A stretch of 64,000 bases of DNA from Candidatus Daviesbacteria bacterium (GTDB lineage: Bacteria; Patescibacteriota; Microgenomatia; Daviesbacterales; UBA10151): NCBI GenBank assembly GCA_016432425.1, contig CP066688.1:514619-578618 (forward strand). The letters run 5' to 3'. Positions 17,469-25,673 of the stretch are shown here, piece by piece. Made by a program: the position numbers and the translations under genes. Within the stretch, counting starts at the first letter, position 1. Each line of letters begins with the position of its first letter. The notes below the pieces were generated by a model. It ran no database searches, was not told where the DNA came from, and was given only the letters and a program-made list of their open reading frames with translations.

Positions 17469-19244
17469 ATGTTAAAACAGAAATTATTAGAGGATTTACA
17501 AAAAACAGTGGAGGATTTGGGCTACCCGTCAACTGATATACTTTTATCTATTTCTAAAAATCCGGAGTTTGGAGACTATACCACAAATATCGCTTTACAA
17601 CTTGCTAATTTAGAAATCGGAAAACTTCATCACTCGCCAGTTGAGATTGCTAATGAAATTAAAAATGCTTTAGAAAAACTAGTAATTGGTGACAAAGAGC
17701 GAAACTATTTAGAAAAAGTAGAGGTAGCTGGACCTGGTTTTATTAATTTTTACCTTAAGACGGCGGCCTTAATAAAAAATTTACCCTTAGTTTGTAATTA
17801 TACAGCCATGGTTGACCCTCAAATTAAGGTAGCGGGTGAAAAAAGAAAAATTTTAGTTGAATATGCCAGTTTTAATGCTTTAAAACCTGTTCATGTAGGG
17901 CATTTAAGAAATATTGTGCTAGGGGAAAGTTTGGTCAGATTGCTTAAATCTACGAACAATGAGGTTTTTAAAGTCACCTACACTTCTGATATTGGTCTGC
18001 CCACAGCTAAAACTATTTGGGCGGTTCAGCAACTAAAGAAACAGTACCAACAAGCTCAAAAAGCTGCTCTTTCCGAAAAAGCAGATTTTTTGGGCCAAGC
18101 CTATGCTTTTGGATCAGAAAAATACAATGAAGATGAGGTAGTTAAAAAAGAAATTAATGAACTGAATAAAAAAATTTACGCCAGAGATAAAGAGATCAGC
18201 AAACTATGGCAGGAGATTTTAGGCTGGAGCTTCGATTATTTTAATTATATTTATGAGCTAGTAGGTACAAAATTTGACAAAGAATTTTTGGAGTCGGAAG
18301 TAGAAGGAGAAGGCAAAGAAATTGTTTTAAAAAATATAGACAAGGTTTTTAAAGAGGACCAGGGGGCAGTAATTTTTAGGGGAGAAGAACATGATCTCCA
18401 CAACAGAGTTTTTGTCACTTCTGCCGGGAATCCTACTTATGAAGCCAAAGAGATGGCTTTAGCCAAACAGGAATATAAGGCTTTCCCTTTTGATCTGGCA
18501 ATCCATGTAGTAGCTAACGAACAGTTGGAGTATTTTAAGGTAGTTTTTAAGGCTTTGTCACTGCTGGATAAAAATTTGGCTAAAAAAGAAAGACATTTAT
18601 CTTACGGGTATGTCACTTTGTCTTCCGGCAGGATGTCTTCCCGCAAGGGTAATGTCATTATTCTGGAGTATATTTATGATAAGGTGAGGAGAGCTGTTGA
18701 GGAAATTATGAAAAAATCAGCTACAGTTAAGGATATCAGTGAGAATGAACGCCAACAAATTATTAATATGGTCAGCCTGGGGGCGATAAAATTCTCCCTG
18801 CTTAAATATTCCCCCAAAACAGATGTGGTTTTTGATCTAAAAAAATCAGTTTCCTTAACTGGTGACAGCGGGCCTTATGTGCAATATAGCTATGCCCGGG
18901 CCAAATCAGTTTTGCGGACTGCCCATTATGATTATGAAGCTAAAAAATCAGGGCAACCGAAGAAAGTTGGGAAAATGGCTTTAGAATTAGAAGAACGAAT
19001 GATACTGCGCAGAATAGAGCAATTTCCACAGTTGGTTAAAGAAGCCTCTGATAGTTTTGCCCCTCAGACAGTAGCTAATTTCTTACTGAGCTTAGCTAAA
19101 GAATTTAATTTGTTTTATCAAAAACACCCTATTATTAAGGCTAAGGACAGTGGCGAGTTTAGGTTAGCTTTGACTTGTGCAGTGGCAGTAGTCTTAAAAC
19201 AGGGATTGTATTTATTAGGTATTGAAGCACCGGAAAGAATGTAA
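17469..19244 (+). CDS. argS: Arginyl-tRNA synthetase.
   Basis: 591 aa. N-terminal Arg_tRNA_synt_N region. HVGH class I motif (PVHVGHLRN). C-terminal DALR-type anticodon-binding domain. Confidence 0.9.
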   Translation: MLKQKLLEDLQKTVEDLGYPSTDILLSISKNPEFGDYTTNIALQLANLEIGKLHHSPVEIANEIKNALEKLVIGDKERNYLEKVEVAGPGFINFYLKTAALIKNLPLVCNYTAMVDPQIKVAGEKRKILVEYASFNALKPVHVGHLRNIVLGESLVRLLKSTNNEVFKVTYTSDIGLPTAKTIWAVQQLKKQYQQAQKAALSEKADFLGQAYAFGSEKYNEDEVVKKEINELNKKIYARDKEISKLWQEILGWSFDYFNYIYELVGTKFDKEFLESEVEGEGKEIVLKNIDKVFKEDQGAVIFRGEEHDLHNRVFVTSAGNPTYEAKEMALAKQEYKAFPFDLAIHVVANEQLEYFKVVFKALSLLDKNLAKKERHLSYGYVTLSSGRMSSRKGNVIILEYIYDKVRRAVEEIMKKSATVKDISENERQQIINMVSLGAIKFSLLKYSPKTDVVFDLKKSVSLTGDSGPYVQYSYARAKSVLRTAHYDYEAKKSGQPKKVGKMALELEERMILRRIEQFPQLVKEASDSFAPQTVANFLLSLAKEFNLFYQKHPIIKAKDSGEFRLALTCAVAVVLKQGLYLLGIEAPERM

Positions 19245-20314
19245 TGTTTAGAAGAAGACAAAAACGATCTATTAATTTACCTTTTGTTATATTTAGGTTG
19301 GGATTAAGCCTAACCATGTTTGCCCTGCTTTTGGGTGGAGGTTATTACGCTTTTCGTTATTTTTCCGGAGTTGACCCCTTAAAAATTGCTCCCCAAACCG
19401 CCTTTTTATCTGCTTTGGCTAGCAACAAAGACTTAAGCCAAACAATAGATAAATTAATTAATCAGCTTAATTTGCCCAAAATTTCCTTAAGTCAACACAA
19501 TCAAATCCAGGGAACGAGCAGCAGCTTGCCGCCGGATAAAAGTGTCAATCAATCTGGTGTTAAGTCCACTAAACCCGTCACCATACTTTTTAAATTTGCC
19601 TTGGTGGCAGATTCCCATAATGAAAATGATTACCTGGGGCGGGCTTTGCAACAAGCTAAGCTTTCCGGAGCTAATTTTGTCATTGGCTTGGGAGATTATA
19701 CTGATACCGGTACTACCCAGGAACTTAAAAAAACCAAAGATAGTTTTGATGCTGTTGGTCTTAGGTATTATTTAACAGCAGGAGATCATGATTTGTGGGA
19801 TTCCCGCAACCGCCAAGTTCAGGCCACCACTAATTTTAGTAATCTTTTTGGCCCGCCCTTTCAATCTTTTACGGTCCAAGGGGTGAAATTTATCATGGTT
19901 TATAACTCGGATAATTATGAAGGGTTAAGTACAGACCAGTTTGATTGGCTAAAAACTACTTTTGAGCAGATAAAAAGTCAAGGTAGCCAAAGTGACTTTC
20001 CGGATAAGTTAATTTTGGTGCTAACTCATGAACCGTTTTACCACCCGGTTTCTGATCATATGATGGGTAGGGTGAATCCGAAATTAGTCAGTCAAGCTAA
20101 GGAGTTGATTAAAATGTTTAAAGATAACGGGGTGGCAGAAGTGTTTACCGGGGATCTGCATTTTTATAGCCAATACAGTGATCCGGATTCTAAATTAAAG
20201 ATGACTACAGTAGGGGCAGTCACTGCTCTAAGAAATCTGCAAAATCCCAGATTTTCCCTGGTAACTGTCTATAGTGATTATTCTTACTTGGTAGAGGATG
20301 TGGAAATTAAGTAA
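19244..20314 (+). CDS. Membrane-anchored calcineurin-like metallophosphoesterase.
   Basis: Motifs ADSHNEN, GDYTDTG, GDHD and THEP. N-terminal TM. Start overlaps the argS stop (TAATG). Confidence 0.7.
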   Translation: MFRRRQKRSINLPFVIFRLGLSLTMFALLLGGGYYAFRYFSGVDPLKIAPQTAFLSALASNKDLSQTIDKLINQLNLPKISLSQHNQIQGTSSSLPPDKSVNQSGVKSTKPVTILFKFALVADSHNENDYLGRALQQAKLSGANFVIGLGDYTDTGTTQELKKTKDSFDAVGLRYYLTAGDHDLWDSRNRQVQATTNFSNLFGPPFQSFTVQGVKFIMVYNSDNYEGLSTDQFDWLKTTFEQIKSQGSQSDFPDKLILVLTHEPFYHPVSDHMMGRVNPKLVSQAKELIKMFKDNGVAEVFTGDLHFYSQYSDPDSKLKMTTVGAVTALRNLQNPRFSLVTVYSDYSYLVEDVEIK

Positions 20315-20381
20315 AAGAGAGCTCGTATTTACAAACTAAACGCTATGCGCTAATATCTAAAAGAATTAATTTATTGTTTAT

Positions 20382-20984
20382 ATGATACAGAGGACATTAA
20401 TTCTTATAAAACCTGATGCCATGGAGCGAGGGGTGGTGGGAGAGATTATCTCCCGTTTTGAAAGAGTAGGACTTAGGATTTTAGAAGGCAAAATGGTAAC
20501 GGTCACAGAAGATTTAGCCACGGAACATTATCCAGTGACTGACGAGTGGCTTAATAAAGTAGGCAATAATACTATTTCTGATTGTGAAAAGTATGGTTTG
20601 GATGTGAAAGTTACCATGGGTACTGATGACCCGATTGAGATTGGCAGATTAGTTCATTCCTGGAACAAAGATTGGTTAATGAGCATGCCTATTTTGGCCC
20701 TGGTTTTACAAGGTATTCATGCGGTGGAGGTAGTGCGCAAGCTGTGTGGCCCCACCTTGCCGCTTTTGGCCCCTCCGGGGACTATCAGAGGAGATTTTTC
20801 TTCTGCATCAGCTATTTCAGAAAATATTAATAAAAAACCGATCAGGAATTTGGTCCATGCTTCCGGGACTGTGGAAGAGGCTGATCGAGAAATTAATTTG
20901 TGGTTTCCAGAGCTTAAAAATAAAACAACTCATAAAAAGAGCGCGGTCGTGATGGATGATTCGCTGTTAAAAGCTAATCAGTAA
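20382..20984 (+). CDS. ndk: Nucleoside-diphosphate kinase, extended form.
   Basis: N-terminus RTLILIKPDAMERGVVGEIISRFERVGLRI matches the NDK consensus. ~200 aa with a C-terminal extension. Confidence 0.75.
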   Translation: MIQRTLILIKPDAMERGVVGEIISRFERVGLRILEGKMVTVTEDLATEHYPVTDEWLNKVGNNTISDCEKYGLDVKVTMGTDDPIEIGRLVHSWNKDWLMSMPILALVLQGIHAVEVVRKLCGPTLPLLAPPGTIRGDFSSASAISENINKKPIRNLVHASGTVEEADREINLWFPELKNKTTHKKSAVVMDDSLLKANQ

Positions 20985-20993
20985 AACTAAGTT

Positions 20994-21482
20994 ATGTCGA
21001 AATCTGCCCAAATATTACATGAAGTAGCCATTACAGCAATTATTCATCGAGGTCCCAAATATTTAATCATCCAAAGATCCCGGTCTAAAAAAAGATTTCC
21101 TACCAAATGGACTGTACCAGGAGGAAAACTGGAAACCTCTGATTACACTAGTTTGCCCAAAGACACAAAAGATTATTGGTACAATGTTTTGGAAAAAACT
21201 CTGAGAAGGGAAGTTAAAGAGGAGGTGGGGATAGAGATTAAAGATGTAGAGTATCTGACTAGTTTGGCCACAGTTCACCAAGATGGAGCTCCGTCTTTGG
21301 TTATTTCCTGCTTGGCTAAATATAAGAAGGGTAAGGTTAAGTTACAGCCAGAGGAAGCAGATGATTTTGCTTGGGTAACTCTTAAAGAAGCCAGGAAATA
21401 TGATTTAATAGATGGAATTTATGAGGAGTTGGTCATGGCTGAAAGGAAGCTTTCCGGCAAGTCTGCAATTTGGAAAAGATAA
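20994..21482 (+). CDS. Nudix hydrolase.
   Basis: Nudix box GGKLE(x7)REVKEEVGIE. Confidence 0.75.
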   Translation: MSKSAQILHEVAITAIIHRGPKYLIIQRSRSKKRFPTKWTVPGGKLETSDYTSLPKDTKDYWYNVLEKTLRREVKEEVGIEIKDVEYLTSLATVHQDGAPSLVISCLAKYKKGKVKLQPEEADDFAWVTLKEARKYDLIDGIYEELVMAERKLSGKSAIWKR

Positions 21483-21499
21483 GTCGGGGACCAGGGAAT
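21483..21499. repeat. Direct repeat of the 3'-terminal 17 nt of tRNA-Pro (19 nt including the flanking aa). The second copy is 21636..21652, inside the tRNA.
   Basis: aagtcggggaccagggaat occurs at 21481..21499 and 21634..21652. The spacing of 136 bp contains an 8-bp-stem hairpin (21603..21624). Confidence 0.6.
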
Positions 21500-21602
21500 A
21501 AGATCGTTTGCTTCACTCTCTAACCTTTCCTTCCGCCTTCGGCGAAACGTTGAACCGCTCTAGTGAGCTAGAATTAATTCTTATCAATCCCTTTGCCTTA
21601 AA

Positions 21603-21624
21603 GACCTCAGACAAGCCTGAGGTC
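21603..21624 (-). terminator. Hairpin gacctcag-acaagc-ctgaggtc (8-bp stem) just downstream of tRNA-Pro on the minus strand. Possible terminator or processing signal.
   Basis: Perfect inverted repeat. No U-run follows. Confidence 0.3.
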
Positions 21625-21636
21625 CCCTAAGCCAAG

Positions 21637-21708
21637 TCGGGGACCAGGGAATTGAACCCTGTACTTCTCGAACCCGAATCGAGCGTTCTACCGATGAACT
21701 AGTCCCCG
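21637..21708 (-). tRNA. tRNA-Pro (anticodon CGG).
   Basis: Hand-folded cloverleaf: acceptor CGGGGAC/GTCCCCG, D-stem GTTC/GAAC, anticodon stem CTCGA/TCGAG with loop TTCGGGT, T-stem CAGGG/CCCTG with loop TTCAATT. CCA is not encoded. Confidence 0.8.
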
Positions 21709-21774
21709 TAACTTTTAAAATTATACCTCTAGTATCTTTTTCAATCTACTGTCTACTGTTGTTATTGTTGATTG

Positions 21775-21812
21775 TTGACACATTTCATTCAACGATCGTA
21801 TAATGAAATGTT
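21775..21812 (+). promoter_or_regulatory. Promoter of PaaX-like gene 1. TTGACA - 18 nt - TATAAT with a 30-bp family-1 palindrome (CATTTCATTcaACGATCGTatAATGAAATG) occupying the spacer and -10. The ATG lies 8 nt after the -10, so the mRNA is leaderless.
   Basis: Direct reading. The 9-bp arms are perfect. Confidence 0.5.
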
Positions 21813-22331
21813 ATGAGGGGTATTTACAAAAAAAGTTTAAGTGAGGCTATTCTATTAGCTTTGGAAAAAGCTGTAGATGGATATGTTAGGTATGACGATT
21901 TAATTCATCACCCATCTTCATATGCCTGGGGAAGTGGTTGGGATAAACAGTTAAAAAAGCCTACTCTTTCTCAAGCCTTAAAAAGGCTGAGAGAGCGTGG
22001 TTTAATACAGGAGGATAAAGTAGATACGAACAAAGTTATTTTTAAATTAACTGAAGCAGGGAAAGATGCCTTGGGAGTGGGATTTTTTGATGAAAAGAGT
22101 TGGGATGGAAAGTGGAGGATTGTAATATTTGATATTCCGGAACAGAAAAGGTTGGTTAGAGACCTTTTTAGGAGAAATCTTAAAAAATGGGGTTTTAAGC
22201 ATTTACAGAAAAGTGTTTTGGTTAGTAAGCAGGACATTTTTTCTAAACTAACTGCTTATGTTAAAGAATTGGGGATCGAGAGATGGGTGGTGGTAATAGA
22301 ATCAGATAGATTGAGCAATCACAATTCATAA
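21813..22331 (+). CDS. PaaX-like winged-helix transcriptional regulator, paralog 1 (172 aa).
   Basis: N-terminal wHTH (ILLALEKAVDGYVRYDDL). C-terminal PaaX_C-like motif WDGKWRIVIFDIPEQKR...LRR.L...GF..LQKSV. ~50% identical to the 52746..53264 paralog. Confidence 0.55.
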   Translation: MRGIYKKSLSEAILLALEKAVDGYVRYDDLIHHPSSYAWGSGWDKQLKKPTLSQALKRLRERGLIQEDKVDTNKVIFKLTEAGKDALGVGFFDEKSWDGKWRIVIFDIPEQKRLVRDLFRRNLKKWGFKHLQKSVLVSKQDIFSKLTAYVKELGIERWVVVIESDRLSNHNS

Positions 22332-22345
22332 CACGATCGTACACA
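22329..22345. promoter_or_regulatory. Second family-1 site (aacACGATCGTacacaaattg) immediately downstream of PaaX-like gene 1 and ~70 bp upstream of tRNA-Arg.
   Basis: Shares the ACGATCGT core. Weaker arm symmetry. Confidence 0.35.
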
Positions 22346-22408
22346 AATTGTTACAAGCGCAAATAGTTTTCTTTAATTTGAAGAGATTTAATAGTAAAAT
22401 TATACAAT

Positions 22409-22481
22409 GGCCCTGTAGCTCAGTAGATAGAGCGGTCCCGTCCTAAGGGAAAGGTCGGGGGTGCAACTCCCTCCAGGGCCG
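22409..22481 (+). tRNA. tRNA-Arg (anticodon CCU).
   Basis: Acceptor GGCCCTG/CAGGGCC, D-arm GCTC-AGTAGATA-GAGC, anticodon loop GTCCTAA (CCT), T-arm GGGGG-TGCAACT-CCCTC, discriminator G. Confidence 0.75.
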
Positions 22482-22489
22482 CTTAAAAA

Positions 22490-23170
22490 ATGAGCACCTA
22501 TTATAAATTAGTTTTATTTGTCAGGTTCCTGGGATATTTTAGTTTACTAACCGGGCTGCTGGCTTTGTTATTTATTTTGGGTCCGCTGGGACTGGCAGAA
22601 GCTCGTTATAGGTCAGATCAACTATTGGGGGTTAAAAGAACTCTGCCTAAAATTATCAAATCAGATCAAACACAAGCAACCACCTCTGCCACCCCTCTTC
22701 CTAAAGTGTCGTTGACACCTTTAAGCATTGATCCGATAGATACCAACTTTGGGATTGTCATAGAAAAAATTAATGCCAATTCAAAAGTAATTGCTGATGT
22801 TAGTCCAACTGATGAAAGGCAATATGGCAGAGCGCTGTTGCAAGGGGTGGCTCATGCCCAAGGGACAGCTTATCCAGGGCAAAAAGGGAATATTTATCTT
22901 TTTTCCCATTCTACTGATGCTCCCTGGAATATTATCCGGTTTAATGCAGTATTTTACTTACTCCGAGAGTTAGAGCCAGGAGATAGAGTAGTGATGTTTT
23001 ATCAAAATAAAAGGTATGATTACCTTGTTTATGATAAAAGGGTAGTTTCTTCTACAGATGTTAGTTTTTTAACTAACCAATATGATCAATCAGTGCTAAC
23101 TTTACAAACCTGTGATCCTCCGGGAACACTAATTAATAGGCTTATCATTAGGGCAAAGTTGGAAGAGTAA
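22490..23170 (+). CDS. Sortase-family transpeptidase.
   Basis: N-terminal TM. Catalytic-cysteine motif TLQTCDPPGT and upstream His region (YLFSHS). Confidence 0.7.
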   Translation: MSTYYKLVLFVRFLGYFSLLTGLLALLFILGPLGLAEARYRSDQLLGVKRTLPKIIKSDQTQATTSATPLPKVSLTPLSIDPIDTNFGIVIEKINANSKVIADVSPTDERQYGRALLQGVAHAQGTAYPGQKGNIYLFSHSTDAPWNIIRFNAVFYLLRELEPGDRVVMFYQNKRYDYLVYDKRVVSSTDVSFLTNQYDQSVLTLQTCDPPGTLINRLIIRAKLEE

Positions 23171-23207
23171 TTGTCCTATTTGTTTTTTTGTTATACAATC
23201 AAAATTA

Positions 23208-24371
23208 ATGGTCAGCAAAAGATTTCTTTTCACTGTCTTCACCGTATTGGTGATCTTAACGGGAGCCACTATAGCTGTTTTTTTAGCTAAGGGCTATACT
23301 TTTTCTCCCCAAGAAAAAAGATTAGTCGGCACCGGGATTATTTCTGTGACTTCCACTCCTGATGCTGCTTCTGTTTATGTTGATGGCCACTTAACAACTG
23401 CCACCAACTCGACCGTGACGCTTTCTCCCCGTGATTACACGGTCAAAGTAATTAAAGAAGGTTTTATTCCTTGGGAGAAAAAAGTAACAGTTAAAGAAGG
23501 TTTGGTAACTGACCTTAAAATAACTCTTTTTCCTGCCATCCCCACCATTTATCCTTTAACTTTTACCGGGATTGCCAGTCCAGTTTTATCTCCGGATTTT
23601 GGCCAGTTGGCTTATGTTGTACCACTTACTACCAACAACTCTAAAAAAGCTGGGGTTTGGGTTTGGTCAATGACTGATAACCGCCCCATTGCTTTTGCCA
23701 GAGGAGCTCAGCCCCATCAAATTGCCTCCTCTTTAATTACGGATTATTCTAAAGCAAAACTGCACTGGTCTGCTGACTCTAAACAGGTTTTGGCAACAGT
23801 AGAAGCCAATAATTATTTGCTAAACGCTGATTCTCTCAATTCTGATCCCCGGGACATTACTCCCACTCTCGCTACTACCTTGAAAGGTTGGGAAACTGAC
23901 CAAAAAACAGCTGATAATGCCAGGATTAATGTTATCCCTGACCAAAACTTACGTCAAATTGCCTCTAATTCAGCTGTATTAAAGTGGTCACCGGATGAAA
24001 CTAAATTTATGTTCGCGGCTGCTGAGCAGCCTGGCGACAAGCGAGCAACAAGTAACGAGCAACCAGAAACGAATCGCGATGAGACGAATCTAAAATTTAA
24101 AGTGGCAGATTTAGAAACCGGCGATCAATATGATTTGCCGTCTGCTAAGTTACATTTTTGGCTGCCGGATTCCCGCCATGTAGTTTTGGTGGAAGAGAGC
24201 CAAGTTTCCATTGCTGATTTTGACGGAACTAATAAAGCTGTTATTTATGCCGGGAATTTCTTAGATAGTTTAGTTTTTGCCTGGCCGGATTATTCCCGTT
24301 TAGTAATAGTAAGTTCTGTGCCCACCCCTACAGCCTCTGAGCCCAACTTGTTTGGGATAAATCTTAAGTAA
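23208..24371 (+). CDS. Membrane-anchored PEGA-domain protein with a C-terminal beta-propeller-like region.
   Basis: N-terminal TM. PEGA motif SVYVDGHLTTATNSTVTLSPRDYTVKVIKEGFIPW. Repeated SPD/WS.D blade-like motifs. Confidence 0.6.
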   Translation: MVSKRFLFTVFTVLVILTGATIAVFLAKGYTFSPQEKRLVGTGIISVTSTPDAASVYVDGHLTTATNSTVTLSPRDYTVKVIKEGFIPWEKKVTVKEGLVTDLKITLFPAIPTIYPLTFTGIASPVLSPDFGQLAYVVPLTTNNSKKAGVWVWSMTDNRPIAFARGAQPHQIASSLITDYSKAKLHWSADSKQVLATVEANNYLLNADSLNSDPRDITPTLATTLKGWETDQKTADNARINVIPDQNLRQIASNSAVLKWSPDETKFMFAAAEQPGDKRATSNEQPETNRDETNLKFKVADLETGDQYDLPSAKLHFWLPDSRHVVLVEESQVSIADFDGTNKAVIYAGNFLDSLVFAWPDYSRLVIVSSVPTPTASEPNLFGINLK

Positions 24372-24436
24372 TTTTAAAATCTAAATTTCCAATTTTAAAT
24401 CAAATCTAAATGTTTTAAAACTTAAAATTTAAAATT

Positions 24437-24455
24437 CTGAATCATTTTGATTCAG
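24437..24455 (+). terminator. Perfect 8-bp-stem hairpin ctgaatca-ttt-tgattcag between the PEGA gene and mreB. A weak terminator candidate (no U-run follows).
   Basis: Direct inverted repeat. Confidence 0.3.
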
Positions 24456-24503
24456 ATAGTGTATCTTGTGACCAGGTAGAAGTTAAGGTATATTTGTCTC
24501 GCT

Positions 24504-25526
24504 ATGTTTAACCTCTCCTTTACTAAACGTATTGGTATTGATTTGGGGACTGCTAACTCTTTAGTTTATGTGGCTGGAGTAGGAATTGCTCTGAATGAGC
24601 CTACTGTAGTGGCCATTTCTACTGATGACCATAAAGTTTTGGCAGTAGGGAACGAAGCCAAAGAGATGTTGGGACGGACCCCGGGAAACATTATGGCCTC
24701 CCGTCCCATGAGAGAAGGAGTAATTGCTGACTACGTCATTACCGAGGCTATGATTCGTTATTTTTTAGACAAAGTTTGTGGTTCCTCCCGGCTGTTTAAA
24801 CCGGAGGTGATGGTTTGTGCCCCGGCCGGAGTAACTTCCGTGGAAAAGAGGGCCATTCTGGATGCTACCTTATCAGCGGGAGCGAAAACTGCCTTTTTAA
24901 TTGATGAGCCGCTGGCTGCAGCCATTGGAGCCCGTATTCCCATCGCCAACCCTTCCGGGAATATGATTGTCGATATTGGTGGCGGAACAACTGAGGCAGC
25001 TGTGATCTGTTTGGGTGGTGTAGTGGTACATAACAGTGTTCGGGTAGGTGGTAATAAAATTGATGAGGCCATTCAAACTTATGTCAGAAAAAAATACAAT
25101 CTGATTATCGGGGAGAGGATGGCCGAAGAGGTTAAAATCAAGATCGGTTCAGCTATAAAAATGGCGGAGAAAGATAATTTAATTACAGAAGTAAGGGGGA
25201 GGGATGCCTTCTCAGGATTACCCAAGACGATTACACTCTCCACCAATGAAATTGTTGAGGCTACTGCCGAGCCGGTGCAAAAAATTATTGGAGCCATGAA
25301 AGGGGTATTAGAACAAATTCCACCCGAGTTAGCCTCTGATATTATTGACAAGGGAATTGTGATGAGTGGAGGAACCTCGCTCTTAAAAAATTTAGACCAT
25401 TTAGTAACAGATACCTTAGGGGTGCCGGCAGCGCTGGCAGAGAATCCCTTACTTTGCGTGGCTTTAGGAACCGGCATTGCCCTGGAAAACCTGGATCTTT
25501 ATAAAAGAAGTGTCTCTAAGCGATGA
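24504..25526 (+). CDS. mreB: Rod-shape protein MreB (actin-like ATPase), paralog 1.
   Basis: IGIDLGTANSLVYV phosphate-1 motif, DIGGGTTE phosphate-2 motif. Full length 340 aa. Confidence 0.9.
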   Translation: MFNLSFTKRIGIDLGTANSLVYVAGVGIALNEPTVVAISTDDHKVLAVGNEAKEMLGRTPGNIMASRPMREGVIADYVITEAMIRYFLDKVCGSSRLFKPEVMVCAPAGVTSVEKRAILDATLSAGAKTAFLIDEPLAAAIGARIPIANPSGNMIVDIGGGTTEAAVICLGGVVVHNSVRVGGNKIDEAIQTYVRKKYNLIIGERMAEEVKIKIGSAIKMAEKDNLITEVRGRDAFSGLPKTITLSTNEIVEATAEPVQKIIGAMKGVLEQIPPELASDIIDKGIVMSGGTSLLKNLDHLVTDTLGVPAALAENPLLCVALGTGIALENLDLYKRSVSKR

Positions 25527-25673
25527 TCTGGTTTGATATTCTTGAAAAATTCAATTAAATTAAAAAAGGATTGTCAGAATAAGCTATTTTAAACACCGAA
25601 TTTTCTTATCACTCTAAATTTAATATTGCTAGTCTACCTGTGTTAAACAGGGGGTTTATGCTAAACTAAAGAT

